Shown here: positions 55,884 through 64,000 of the stretch, piece after piece
How the letters are laid out: the number at the start of each line of letters is the position of its first letter
How positions within the stretch are numbered: position 1 is the stretch's first letter
From: Turneriella sp.
GTDB lineage: Bacteria; Spirochaetota; Leptospiria; Turneriellales; Turneriellaceae
Length of the DNA: 64,000 bases
Direction of reading: 5' to 3'
Assembly: GCA_965279515.1 (NCBI GenBank)
Contig: CBDIID010000003.1
Coordinates: 1,856,001 to 1,920,000 of the forward strand
Notes under the pieces: model-generated
Told to the model about the DNA's origin: nothing
The model's input: the letters and a program-made list of their open reading frames with translations, nothing else
The model's database searches: none
Translations under genes and position numbers: made by a program

Positions 55884-56453
55884 CTAGATCCTCAGCGAAG
55901 CCCGGAAACCCCTGACGGCATAATAAGATTCCGCGCCATTATGGTAGGTGAAGACCTGATCGTAGCGGCGATCGCAAAAGATCGCGCCGCCCAGTTTACG
56001 GATATGCGCCGGAGTTTTGACCCAGCTTGAAGTTTTTGTATCGAATTCGCCGAAACTTTGCAGCTTACGGTATTCTTCTTCGGTTAAAATCTCAACACCC
56101 ATCGCCGCCGCCATGTTCACGGCGCTGTCCTTCGGCTTGTGTTCTTTGCGGGCTTTTAACGCTTCGTGGTCATAGCACAGGCTGCGGCGCTCCTTCGGGC
56201 TTTCGGCAGCGCAATCATAAAAAACGTACTCTCCCGTCTTTTTATCATGCGCCACAACATCGGGCTCGCCGCCGGTCCTTTCCATTTCAGAAAGCGACCA
56301 CAGTTTATCCGCAATGCTCACGAGCTTTGCCTGCACTTTGTCCCAGGAAAGATCTTTGTGCCGGTTCGTATTTTTCTCAAAGCGGGATTTCAGTATTTTG
56401 AAAAAATCTTCTTGTTGCTTCGGCGAAAGTTTATTTATAGCAACCTTGGCCAT
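55884..56453 (-). CDS. DUF4256 domain protein
   Basis: EMERTGGEPDVV, RRSLCYD, FDTKTSSW, YHNGAESYY. Confidence 0.88.
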   Translation of the reverse strand: MAKVAINKLSPKQQEDFFKILKSRFEKNTNRHKDLSWDKVQAKLVSIADKLWSLSEMERTGGEPDVVAHDKKTGEYVFYDCAAESPKERRSLCYDHEALKARKEHKPKDSAVNMAAAMGVEILTEEEYRKLQSFGEFDTKTSSWVKTPAHIRKLGGAIFCDRRYDQVFTYHNGAESYYAVRGFRASLRI

Positions 56454-56465
56454 GGTTGTCAGACC

Positions 56466-56942
56466 CTAAAGCGGAGTAATATCACCCTGAGCAACGAAGT
56501 CTCTCTGCTTTCCCTTTTTATCCGTATAAAAATATAACCTTTTACCCAGTGTGGGATAATCACACACGTCGAATTCCTGCCTGTCACCGCCAACGAGGTA
56601 GACCAGATCTTCGTTACCCGAATTTACTAATGCATGGCTCGGGCCTTCCGCGGGAAGTCCTACGAAATCACCCGCGACAACTTCAACCTTCTCGTCGTCG
56701 AGCTCAAGCATACCCTTACCCGAAATAATATAAATGAACTCGTCTGCTAATTTATGCGAATGCCGGACCGTCGTCGACTTGCCCGGTTTTACGTGCGTCA
56801 TATGGATGCCGATGCGGCTTAAACCTGTGAGATCGCCCAGCGAAACCGAATGCCTTTCGACGCTGGTATCGAGCGGGTGCGATTTTTTCTCGAGCGAAGC
56901 CTCGAGATTTCCCGTTTTAACTACAAACTTTTTCAAAGCCAT
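56466..56942 (-). CDS. Cupin domain protein
   Basis: SLGDLTGL, HSH...DEFIYIISG, GDFVG, HALVN, YP. Confidence 0.88.
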   Translation of the reverse strand: MALKKFVVKTGNLEASLEKKSHPLDTSVERHSVSLGDLTGLSRIGIHMTHVKPGKSTTVRHSHKLADEFIYIISGKGMLELDDEKVEVVAGDFVGLPAEGPSHALVNSGNEDLVYLVGGDRQEFDVCDYPTLGKRLYFYTDKKGKQRDFVAQGDITPL

Positions 56943-56951
56943 ACCCGAAGG

Positions 56952-57704
56952 TCAGGCCATCATGCTGTCAGTCAGCTCGAGATTCGCATAGACATTCTGC
57001 ACATCGTCGTGATCTTCAAGGGCTGAGATCAGTTCGAGCGCTTCTTTGGCCTTCTCGCCTTCTACGGTGATCGTCGTCTGTGGAATGAATTTGAGGCCCG
57101 ATTCGGTGATCTTAAACCCCTTCGCCGCAACCTTGGGCTCCATGGCAGCAAGAACCGCGTGAAAGTCATTCACCGAAGTTTTCACTGCATAAACCTTGTC
57201 GTCATCCTTCTCAATGTCTTCGGCACCTGCATCGAGCGCGATTTCCATGACGGCGTCTTCAGTGATATTATCGCCTTCGACAAGAATGAGGCCTTTTTTA
57301 TCGAACAGGTAGGCGACGGCATTCGCGTCGGCCATGCTGCCGCCATTGGTTTTGAATAAACTTTTAAGTTCGGGTACAGTGCGTGACTTTTTGTCGGTCA
57401 TGACTTCGACCATGATGGCTATCCCACCGGGGCCATACCCCTCATAGACGCCCTCTTCGTAATTGATGCCTTCGAGTTCACCCGCACCTTTTTTGATGGC
57501 ACGCTCAATATTGTCGCGGGGCATCGAGTTCTGCCGCGCTTTTAGCGTGGCTGCCCTCAGGCGCGGGTTGGCCGTTTCGTCGCTGCCACCGAGCTTCGCC
57601 GCAACCATGATCTCTTTTGCGAGCTTGGTAAAGATCGCGCCGCGCTTTGCGTCGGCGGCACCCTTGCGGTGCTGAATATTTTTCCACTTACTATGGCCTG
57701 CCAT
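56952..57704 (-). CDS. yebC: YebC/PmpR family protein
   Basis: MAGHSKWKNI, NPRLR, YEGYGPGG, LEDHDDVQNVYAN. Confidence 0.95.
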   Translation of the reverse strand: MAGHSKWKNIQHRKGAADAKRGAIFTKLAKEIMVAAKLGGSDETANPRLRAATLKARQNSMPRDNIERAIKKGAGELEGINYEEGVYEGYGPGGIAIMVEVMTDKKSRTVPELKSLFKTNGGSMADANAVAYLFDKKGLILVEGDNITEDAVMEIALDAGAEDIEKDDDKVYAVKTSVNDFHAVLAAMEPKVAAKGFKITESGLKFIPQTTITVEGEKAKEALELISALEDHDDVQNVYANLELTDSMMA

Positions 57705-57762
57705 GGCGGATTAATTGCGGTTCTGCGACGCGCCGCAAAGTAGAAAGGCGCGTCGAAAGCAA

Positions 57763-57799
57763 TTGACATGTTATCACTACCGTTGAACATGATAACATG
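57763..57799 (+). promoter_or_regulatory. TA promoter with perfect 10-bp inverted-repeat operator
   Basis: TTGACA at 57763; CATGTTATCA (57767-57776) / TGATAACATG (57790-57799) overlapping the ATG. Confidence 0.75.
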
Positions 57800-58024
57800 A
57801 TTCGGACACAGATCTCTCTCGACGCCGAGGTCTATGAAGAAGCTAAAGTCTATGCTGCCGAAAGCGGGGTATCTTTGGCTGAGTTCTGCAGACAGAGCAT
57901 CAATGAACAGCTTGTCAAATACCGCAAAGCCGGTCCCATTGCGCGCTTCGCTGGTGTCTACCTCGGGCAAGGCGATGATAGCTCAACCGTCGACGAAGTC
58001 GTTTATGGCAAACGTTATGTATGA
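57797..58024 (+). CDS. CopG/RHH antitoxin
   Basis: MIRTQISL...GVSLAEFCRQSI; DEVVYG tail. Confidence 0.88.
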   Translation: MIRTQISLDAEVYEEAKVYAAESGVSLAEFCRQSINEQLVKYRKAGPIARFAGVYLGQGDDSSTVDEVVYGKRYV

Positions 58025-58428
58025 GCGAAAAGGTATTCATCGATAGCGGCATCTTGATCGCGTATATGAATGCCCGCGACCGCTGGCATCAGCAGGCGCT
58101 CTACCTGTTCCAGGAAAAAAATATTCAACCTTTCACTTCTGAACTTGTGATCTCCGAAACCTATTCCTGGTTTCTGCACCAGGCCGGCGAAGAGATCGCC
58201 CGCCAGTTCCGCTTGTTTGTGAAGGCCATACCTAAATTAAAAATTTTATTCATGAATGCTGACGGTCTCGATGCAACGGCGGTAATGCTCGATAAGCACC
58301 GGGGGGCCAAGCTGACCTACGTCGATGCGGCAAGCCTTGTGCATCTCGAGGTGCAGAAGATTCATACAGTCTGGTCGACAGATTACCATCTGTCCCTGAC
58401 CGGCAGGACAATTAAGCCCGTTAAATAG
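58021..58428 (+). CDS. VapC PIN toxin
   Basis: VFIDSG, D.WH, VISET, TYVDAAS, STDYH. Confidence 0.9.
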   Translation: MSEKVFIDSGILIAYMNARDRWHQQALYLFQEKNIQPFTSELVISETYSWFLHQAGEEIARQFRLFVKAIPKLKILFMNADGLDATAVMLDKHRGAKLTYVDAASLVHLEVQKIHTVWSTDYHLSLTGRTIKPVK

Positions 58429-58438
58429 CCGTCACAGT

Positions 58439-60229
58439 TCAGGCTGTCTTTAATTTCTCCAAAAGCTCCGCTTCAGAAAGCTCGAGCTTTTCTCCCGAGC
58501 GGCGCAGCTTGACCTCGAGCTTACCGGATTCGATCGTCTTCTTACCGACGGTGACGATAAAGGGAAAACCGACAAGCTCGGCATCGTTGAATTTTACGCC
58601 GGCGCGCTCGTCGCGGTCGTCGAGGTATACAGTGACACCCGCTTGCTTCAGCGTCGCATAAAGTTTGTCGACGAATGCCAGTTCGCTCTCGGCCTTTGCC
58701 AGCGAAACGAGGTAAACAGTGAAGGGCGAGAGTGCCGTGTTCCAGATAATACCGCGGTCGTCGTGATTCTGTTCCACCGCAGTGGCAATCGTGCGGCCTA
58801 CGCCAATGCCATAACAACCCATGGTCGGAGTTAAAGGTTTTCCATTCGGATCGAGCACAGAGAGATTCATTTTCGCGGCATATTTTTTACCGAGTTTAAA
58901 GATATGCCCGACCTCGATGCCCCGGGTCTCTGTCAGCTCGGCCTTTTTGCACTGCGGGCAGATATCGCCGGCGTGTGCGACAACGAGGTCATGCTCTCCG
59001 CTGAGAGTGAAATCACGGCCTTCGGCGACGTGTTTTTTATGAAAGCCGGTTTTATTCGCACCGGCGATAAGGCCGCTGCGGCTCTTGAGATGCCGGTCAA
59101 AAAAGATATGGAGAATTTTCTTTGCGACCTTGTCGTTCGCCTTGAAGGGTAATGCCACCGGCCCGGCATAACCGGGCTCGGCACCGGTGAGCGCCTGAAT
59201 CGTCTCTTCACCTGCGAGCCAATAATCCGTCGCACCCGACAAATTCTTCATTTTGATTTCGGAAAGTTCACGGTCCCCGGGCACAAAGCACAGAAAGATA
59301 TTTTCTTTATCTTCGTAGATCACGGCCTTGATAAAATCACGGGGAGCTTGCCCTGTGAGTTTCGAGACGTCTTCGATCGTCTTCGCGGCGCCGGTTTCAA
59401 AATCGACCATCGCCAAGGATGGCGAAGGGGTGTTTGAGCCATGGCTGGCGGCTGCACCCGCTGCATCGGCAGAAGGGGATATCCCACTTTGATTTTTAGG
59501 ATTTTCAAGGAAGGCTGTCTTCTCTTGGTTCGAGCGGTAGCCGCAGGCTTCGTCGCTGCAAAGCAGCAAAGTTTCTTCGCCGATGGATGAAGCGACCATG
59601 AACTCTTCGGAGCCGCTGCCACCCATGTTGCCCGAGTCGGCTTCGACGGGAATTGTTTTGAGCCCACAGCGGTCAAAGATGGCGCGGTAACATTCGCGCA
59701 TTTTCTGGTAGGTCTCATCGAGCGAGGTATCGTCGACGTGGTATGAGTATGCATCTTTCATCGTGAACTCGCGGCAGCGGATGAGGCCATAGCGCGGGCG
59801 AATCTCGTCGCGGTATTTTTTACCGATCTGGTAGAGATTGAGCGGCAGCTGTTTATACGATTGCAGAAAGCCGCGTGCGAGATCGGTCATCGCTTCTTCA
59901 TGAGTCGGCCCGAGTGCATAACCGACATCGTGGCGGTCCTGCATCCGCATCATTTCTTTGCCCATGACCGACCAGCGGCCCGACTCTTGCCAAAGCTCGG
60001 CGGGTGTGATCACGGGCAGCGTCACCTCGACGCCGCCGAAGCGGTTCATCTCTTCGCGGATGATTTCGACGATCTTGCGGTGAACAATATCGCCGAACGG
60101 CAGGTAAGAGTACAGCCCCGCCGCCTGCTTGCGAATGTAGCCGGCGCGTGAAAGCAGGCGGTGCGAAGCAACCTGCGCGTCGCTGGGATCGTTTTTTGAG
60201 GTAAAGAGGGGCAGTTGTGACGCGCGCAT
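58439..60229 (-). CDS. proS: Proline--tRNA ligase (with editing domain)
   Basis: LGPTHEE, RDEIRPRYGL, REFTMKDAYS, GIEVGHIF, MGCYGIGVGR, GVKFNDAEL. Confidence 0.97.
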   Translation of the reverse strand: MRASQLPLFTSKNDPSDAQVASHRLLSRAGYIRKQAAGLYSYLPFGDIVHRKIVEIIREEMNRFGGVEVTLPVITPAELWQESGRWSVMGKEMMRMQDRHDVGYALGPTHEEAMTDLARGFLQSYKQLPLNLYQIGKKYRDEIRPRYGLIRCREFTMKDAYSYHVDDTSLDETYQKMRECYRAIFDRCGLKTIPVEADSGNMGGSGSEEFMVASSIGEETLLLCSDEACGYRSNQEKTAFLENPKNQSGISPSADAAGAAASHGSNTPSPSLAMVDFETGAAKTIEDVSKLTGQAPRDFIKAVIYEDKENIFLCFVPGDRELSEIKMKNLSGATDYWLAGEETIQALTGAEPGYAGPVALPFKANDKVAKKILHIFFDRHLKSRSGLIAGANKTGFHKKHVAEGRDFTLSGEHDLVVAHAGDICPQCKKAELTETRGIEVGHIFKLGKKYAAKMNLSVLDPNGKPLTPTMGCYGIGVGRTIATAVEQNHDDRGIIWNTALSPFTVYLVSLAKAESELAFVDKLYATLKQAGVTVYLDDRDERAGVKFNDAELVGFPFIVTVGKKTIESGKLEVKLRRSGEKLELSEAELLEKLKTA

Positions 60230-60312
60230 ATCGGGAAAAAATGAAAAACAGACATGCCTTCAAGCAGAATCAATGGTCGTTGACCCGACGTCTTCGCGTC
60301 AGGTCATGGGAG

Positions 60313-61740
60313 ATGCTCAGCCGATTCAAAATAGCGGTCCTGAGATCTTACCAGGCGGGCGACTACGTTCTGCGCCGCAAAGCGACGACCTTCTTTTACT
60401 TCTGCCTCGCCTTCGTCGCCCTCATGCCGGTCTTCATGCTGATTTATCTCGTGTGGATACCCCACCGCCTGCCTTTTGCAGCGCCGCCGATGCTTGCGGC
60501 GATGGCGATCGGCCTCGTCTGCCTGACAATTCTTGCGCGCGGCAAGTTCTACATTGCCGGCCAAACCCTTGCCTTCGTCGCCTTTGCGATCATCGCCACG
60601 GCGCAGTTCCAGAAGTTAAACGGTGAATATTTCACCGCCTACTCGACTTTTATTCATCTCTTTGCGATTCCGATTCTGATCGTGGGGCTGTTCGGCCGCA
60701 AACGCTACATTCTGCCGATGTACGGTGTCATGGTTGTCACCAATGTCATCTTCTTTGTATTGCTGCGCCCGCGCATCAGCGGCGAGTACCTGACAGCTGC
60801 GCAGGTGGGGCTCATGACGAGTGTGATCGCTCTTACCCTGGCAACGACGCTGCTGTTTTTACTGCGGAACATCATGGATTCGGCGGTTTTCGAAGTCGAA
60901 AAAACCAACGCTTCGATGAACCGTTTTGTACCGACCGAATTCTTAAGCCTGCTGAAAAAGAAAAACATCAACGAGGTTGGGCTCGGTGATCATACGGAAA
61001 AAGAGATGACCATTCTTTTTGCCGACATCCGCAATTTTACGGGCATCTCAGAGACGCTGAGCCCTTCGGAAAATTTTTCATTCATCAATGACTATCTGAG
61101 TGTGATGGGGCCGATCATCCGCGAGAACAATGGTTTCATCGATAAATATATCGGTGATGCGATTCTCGCACTGTTTTTCACATCCGCTGACGCGGCGAAG
61201 GCCTCGGTGGAAATGCATGCGATGCTGCAGCGTTTTAACGCACAGTTCATCGACGGTATTTTTCCCGAAATCCGCATCGGTGTCGGCATCCACACGGGTC
61301 GCATCATGCTGGGCACGATCGGCGAGGTGCGCCGCATGGAAAATACCGTCATTAGCGACACGGTGAATGCGGCGTCGCGCATCGAGAGCCTGACAAAAAA
61401 ACTCGCTGCCGGTATCCTTTTAAGCGGTGAATCCCTCGCGCAGATTCCCGGCGACGACTACAACGTGCGGCTCGTCGATGTCACACAGCTGCGCGGCAAA
61501 ACCAAAATGCTTGAAATCTACGAACTACTGAACCCGCTGGCAGATGAGCGGCGCGAACTGCTGCTGTCTTATGCGGATGACCTGAAGACCGCCGTGCACG
61601 ACATTCGGCAAGGCAGACTCGATTCGGCGAAAGCCCTGCTGGAAAAATGCCGCCAGATCTGCGAAGACGACGGCACTGTTTTACACCATTTACGCAAACT
61701 GCAAAAAATGGAAATTCTCAAAGCACGCAATTTGAATTAG
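60313..61740 (+). CDS. Membrane class III adenylate cyclase
   Basis: About 6 TMs; FADIRNFT, DKYIGDAI, TVISDTVNAASRIE, RGK. Confidence 0.93.
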   Translation: MLSRFKIAVLRSYQAGDYVLRRKATTFFYFCLAFVALMPVFMLIYLVWIPHRLPFAAPPMLAAMAIGLVCLTILARGKFYIAGQTLAFVAFAIIATAQFQKLNGEYFTAYSTFIHLFAIPILIVGLFGRKRYILPMYGVMVVTNVIFFVLLRPRISGEYLTAAQVGLMTSVIALTLATTLLFLLRNIMDSAVFEVEKTNASMNRFVPTEFLSLLKKKNINEVGLGDHTEKEMTILFADIRNFTGISETLSPSENFSFINDYLSVMGPIIRENNGFIDKYIGDAILALFFTSADAAKASVEMHAMLQRFNAQFIDGIFPEIRIGVGIHTGRIMLGTIGEVRRMENTVISDTVNAASRIESLTKKLAAGILLSGESLAQIPGDDYNVRLVDVTQLRGKTKMLEIYELLNPLADERRELLLSYADDLKTAVHDIRQGRLDSAKALLEKCRQICEDDGTVLHHLRKLQKMEILKARNLN

Positions 61741-61748
61741 GAAGGTTT

Positions 61749-62285
61749 ATGGACGCAATTAAAAGATACATCGGTGGCTTCTTCGGCTCCCTGGCCGAAC
61801 GCATTTTCGTTTTCTTCATGGCGCTCTTCATCAGCCAGGCGCCGCAGTACATGAACCTCTACCTCAACGTACTCTCGGGCGCAAAAGCTGCGTATGAAAA
61901 ATCGGTGAAGGAAATCGCCGAAAAAGCCAATGAGCTCGGCATGACGACGCAGGAATTCATCACCGATCTCGTAAAATCGCAAAGCCAGGCGGCAAAAAAA
62001 TCGGGGGAATTACACCAGAGCCAGATTACACATCTCAAGAATGCAAAAAAAGCCTTCGACGCGATCAAAAACGCCGGTGCCTTCTCGCGCCCCTTTGTTT
62101 TCCTGAAACACGTCGACTGGTCGCTGGCGAAGAGCGTGCAGTTTCAGCCGGCATTCCCGTTCACCCTGGAGGCGCTGATCTATGTCGTGGTGGGAATTAT
62201 TTTGGGCATGATCCTGTTCCGCGGCCTGCTTTACTTTCCCAAAAAGTGGCTGGGCGGCGGCAAGAAGCAACAACCAGCGTACTAG
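61749..62285 (+). CDS. DUF2937-like membrane protein
   Basis: SQAPQYMNLY...GA pattern, N- and C-terminal TMs; AGGAAGG RBS. Confidence 0.7.
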   Translation: MDAIKRYIGGFFGSLAERIFVFFMALFISQAPQYMNLYLNVLSGAKAAYEKSVKEIAEKANELGMTTQEFITDLVKSQSQAAKKSGELHQSQITHLKNAKKAFDAIKNAGAFSRPFVFLKHVDWSLAKSVQFQPAFPFTLEALIYVVVGIILGMILFRGLLYFPKKWLGGGKKQQPAY

Positions 62286-62347
62286 TTTTCATTTGCCCCC
62301 TTAGAATTATCCTTTAAACAGATTCCCACAAATCAATAAGCGGTAGC

Positions 62348-62737
62348 TTATTGATTTGTGGTTAAATAAAAGCGGGCAATCCGCACTTCAAACGGCAGGC
62401 CGTCGCGGCGCACCATACTGAACGAGCCTTCCATGGTGCCGAAATTGGTGCCGAGCGGGCAAAAGCTCGAATACGAGTAGGATTCCCCCGGCTCGAGTTC
62501 CGGCTCTTCACCCACCACGCCTGGCCCGTAGACGTCTTCGCGTTTGCCATCCGAATCGATGATAATCCAGTGCCGTGACTTGAGCTTCGCCCAGGCGTCG
62601 CCCTCGTTGTGGATCGAAATCTTGTACGAGAACAAAAACTGGCCGTCTTCGGGTATAGAGCGCTCGATCAGATAGTGTGGCTCCGCCTTGATACGGATGC
62701 CATCGGTGACGATTTCTGAACCAGCGGTAACCGGCAT
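62348..62737 (-). CDS. apaG: ApaG protein
   Basis: YKISIHN, RHWIIID, GPGVVGEEP, YSSFC, GTMEG. Confidence 0.95.
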   Translation of the reverse strand: MPVTAGSEIVTDGIRIKAEPHYLIERSIPEDGQFLFSYKISIHNEGDAWAKLKSRHWIIIDSDGKREDVYGPGVVGEEPELEPGESYSYSSFCPLGTNFGTMEGSFSMVRRDGLPFEVRIARFYLTTNQ

Positions 62738-62854
62738 GCGTAACTATACCCCCGGCCACGATGCTGTAAATCAAAAACTCAATTGACGCAACATCTTCCT
62801 TATAAAGAGACATAATTCCTGCGCCGTTTTCGCTGAAAATCGGCGCTCATTCCA

Positions 62855-63973
62855 ATGCTCGCAGACATACTTTCGCGCTACAAAGCCGCCTCTTCGCTCG
62901 TCTTTACCGTCGTTTTCTGCCTGAGTTGCCTCATCTGGAAATCGAACCTGCTGTCGCGCACGGCGAACAGTGCCAGCCGCGCACTCGACTTCTTTTCTAC
63001 CACGTTTTCATCGTTTGGCAAGGGGATATCCCGCTTTGTCGACAGTTATGGCACGTATGAAACCGTACGCGGTGAACGCGACGTGCTGCGCGAAAAGGTG
63101 AAACAGAACCTCGACATACAGGTCGAACTCGTGCGCCTGCGCGAAGAGAACAGCAAGCTGCGCCAGTTTCTGCAACTGCCGCCGGTTTCGAACCACCCTG
63201 TGCTGCAGGCAGAGGTTATTTCGCAGGATCCCGACAACTGGTTCCGCACCATCATCATCAACAAGGGCAGCGCCGATGGTGTCGCCACGTATATGCCGGT
63301 TGTCGCCATGCAGACGGTGATTGTGCCCGCAGAAAACAACAAACCCGCGGAGCCAAAACTCGTCGTCGGCATCGTCGGCAAAGTCATCCAGGTGAATCCC
63401 CACTCCGCGCGTATTCTGCCGCTCACCGACCAGTTCTCACGCATCGGCGTGACGGTAAAAAAGACCGGGCATTGGGCGCTCCTCAATGGCCAGAGTCCCC
63501 ACCAGGACATGCCGCTCATCGACTACCTCAGCCTCGGGGTATTTATTTCGACCGGCGATGAGATCGTCACCTCGGGTGGCGATGGAATTTTTCCACGCGG
63601 CCTGCCTGTCGGCAGCGTCGGTAAGCGCATCGAACGCCTCGGCAGTTTCCAGAAGGCAGAGATTAATCCGGTGATCGATTTCAAGAAACTGGATTTCGTC
63701 ATCGTCATCCAGAAGAAGGTCGATACCGAAGCGCTGAATTTTTTGCCGCTGAAACCCGACACGGTAGAAGAGCCAAAACTTTTACCCGCGCCGCCGGCAG
63801 TTAAAAAGAAAGGCGATGAAGAAGACGAAGAGGCTGAAGGCCCTGCAAAGCCCAAAGCCAACAAACCCGAAGCCAAAGCAGACAAACCGAAAACGCCCGC
63901 CGCCAAACCAGCGGAACCTGCGCCGCCCAAGCCGGCGGCCCCCACCCCGGCGCCTGAAGGAGGCACGCCGTGA
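62855..63973 (+). CDS. mreC: Rod shape-determining protein MreC
   Basis: TM + coiled coil (EENSKLR), IINKGS.DG, GIVGKV, TSGGDGIFPRGLPVG. Confidence 0.93.
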   Translation: MLADILSRYKAASSLVFTVVFCLSCLIWKSNLLSRTANSASRALDFFSTTFSSFGKGISRFVDSYGTYETVRGERDVLREKVKQNLDIQVELVRLREENSKLRQFLQLPPVSNHPVLQAEVISQDPDNWFRTIIINKGSADGVATYMPVVAMQTVIVPAENNKPAEPKLVVGIVGKVIQVNPHSARILPLTDQFSRIGVTVKKTGHWALLNGQSPHQDMPLIDYLSLGVFISTGDEIVTSGGDGIFPRGLPVGSVGKRIERLGSFQKAEINPVIDFKKLDFVIVIQKKVDTEALNFLPLKPDTVEEPKLLPAPPAVKKKGDEEDEEAEGPAKPKANKPEAKADKPKTPAAKPAEPAPPKPAAPTPAPEGGTP

Positions 63974-64000
63974 TTCTTGAAAAAGTCGTCATTGCGATCG
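63970..64000 (+). CDS. mreD: Start of next gene, probably MreD (partial)
   Basis: GTGA overlap with the mreC stop; MILEKVVIAI hydrophobic start; identity inferred from synteny only. Confidence 0.5.
   Translation, partial: MILEKVVIAI

Noticed and set aside
1303..63966. Numerous antisense and alternate-frame ORFs in the track (e.g. 1303-2004, 5689-6429, 28213-28863, 50944-51570)
   Set aside because: Shadows of well-supported genes in GC-rich DNA; no motifs.
1..64000. tRNA, rRNA, integrase or prophage genes
   Set aside because: None recognised; intergenic gaps are short and show no cloverleaf or recombinase motifs.

Overview
A gene-dense, moderately GC-rich bacterial chromosome segment, most plausibly from a free-living leptospiral spirochaete (Leptospiraceae, Turneriella-like). 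That assignment is an inference from gene content: a DUF1564-like RHH protein, bacterial XPB, a membrane-anchored AraC regulator, and many cyclases and kinases. About 60 CDSs are supported. They cover signalling (hybrid kinases, HD-GYP, PP2C, two class III cyclases, ECF sigma, STAS), DNA repair (ada-alkA, ogt, XPB), lipid metabolism (desaturase, a methyltransferase resembling fungal sphingolipid C9-methyltransferase, an alkyl-DHAP synthase-like flavoprotein, patatin, FadD, PagL-like), envelope (mltG, slt, mreC, mreD) and housekeeping (proS, tmk, thiG, deoB, ppiA, yebC, apaG, hppA). The standout is 52354-54250: two AT-richer toxin-antitoxin operons, each bounded by its own 17-19 bp imperfect inverted repeat. 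They are separated by a ~210-nt multi-branched attC-like element and followed by a second, decayed copy. This looks like an integrase-less integron-type cassette array with unusually long att sites. Also notable: a TTG-hexamer lying 33-35 nt before many start codons (suggesting pervasive leaderless transcripts), a probable CTG start codon, a divergent membrane PPase, a divergent RpoZ candidate and a repeat-like in-frame insert in proS. No rRNA, tRNA, CRISPR array, transposase or integrase was recognised. All assignments are by eye, without database searches.
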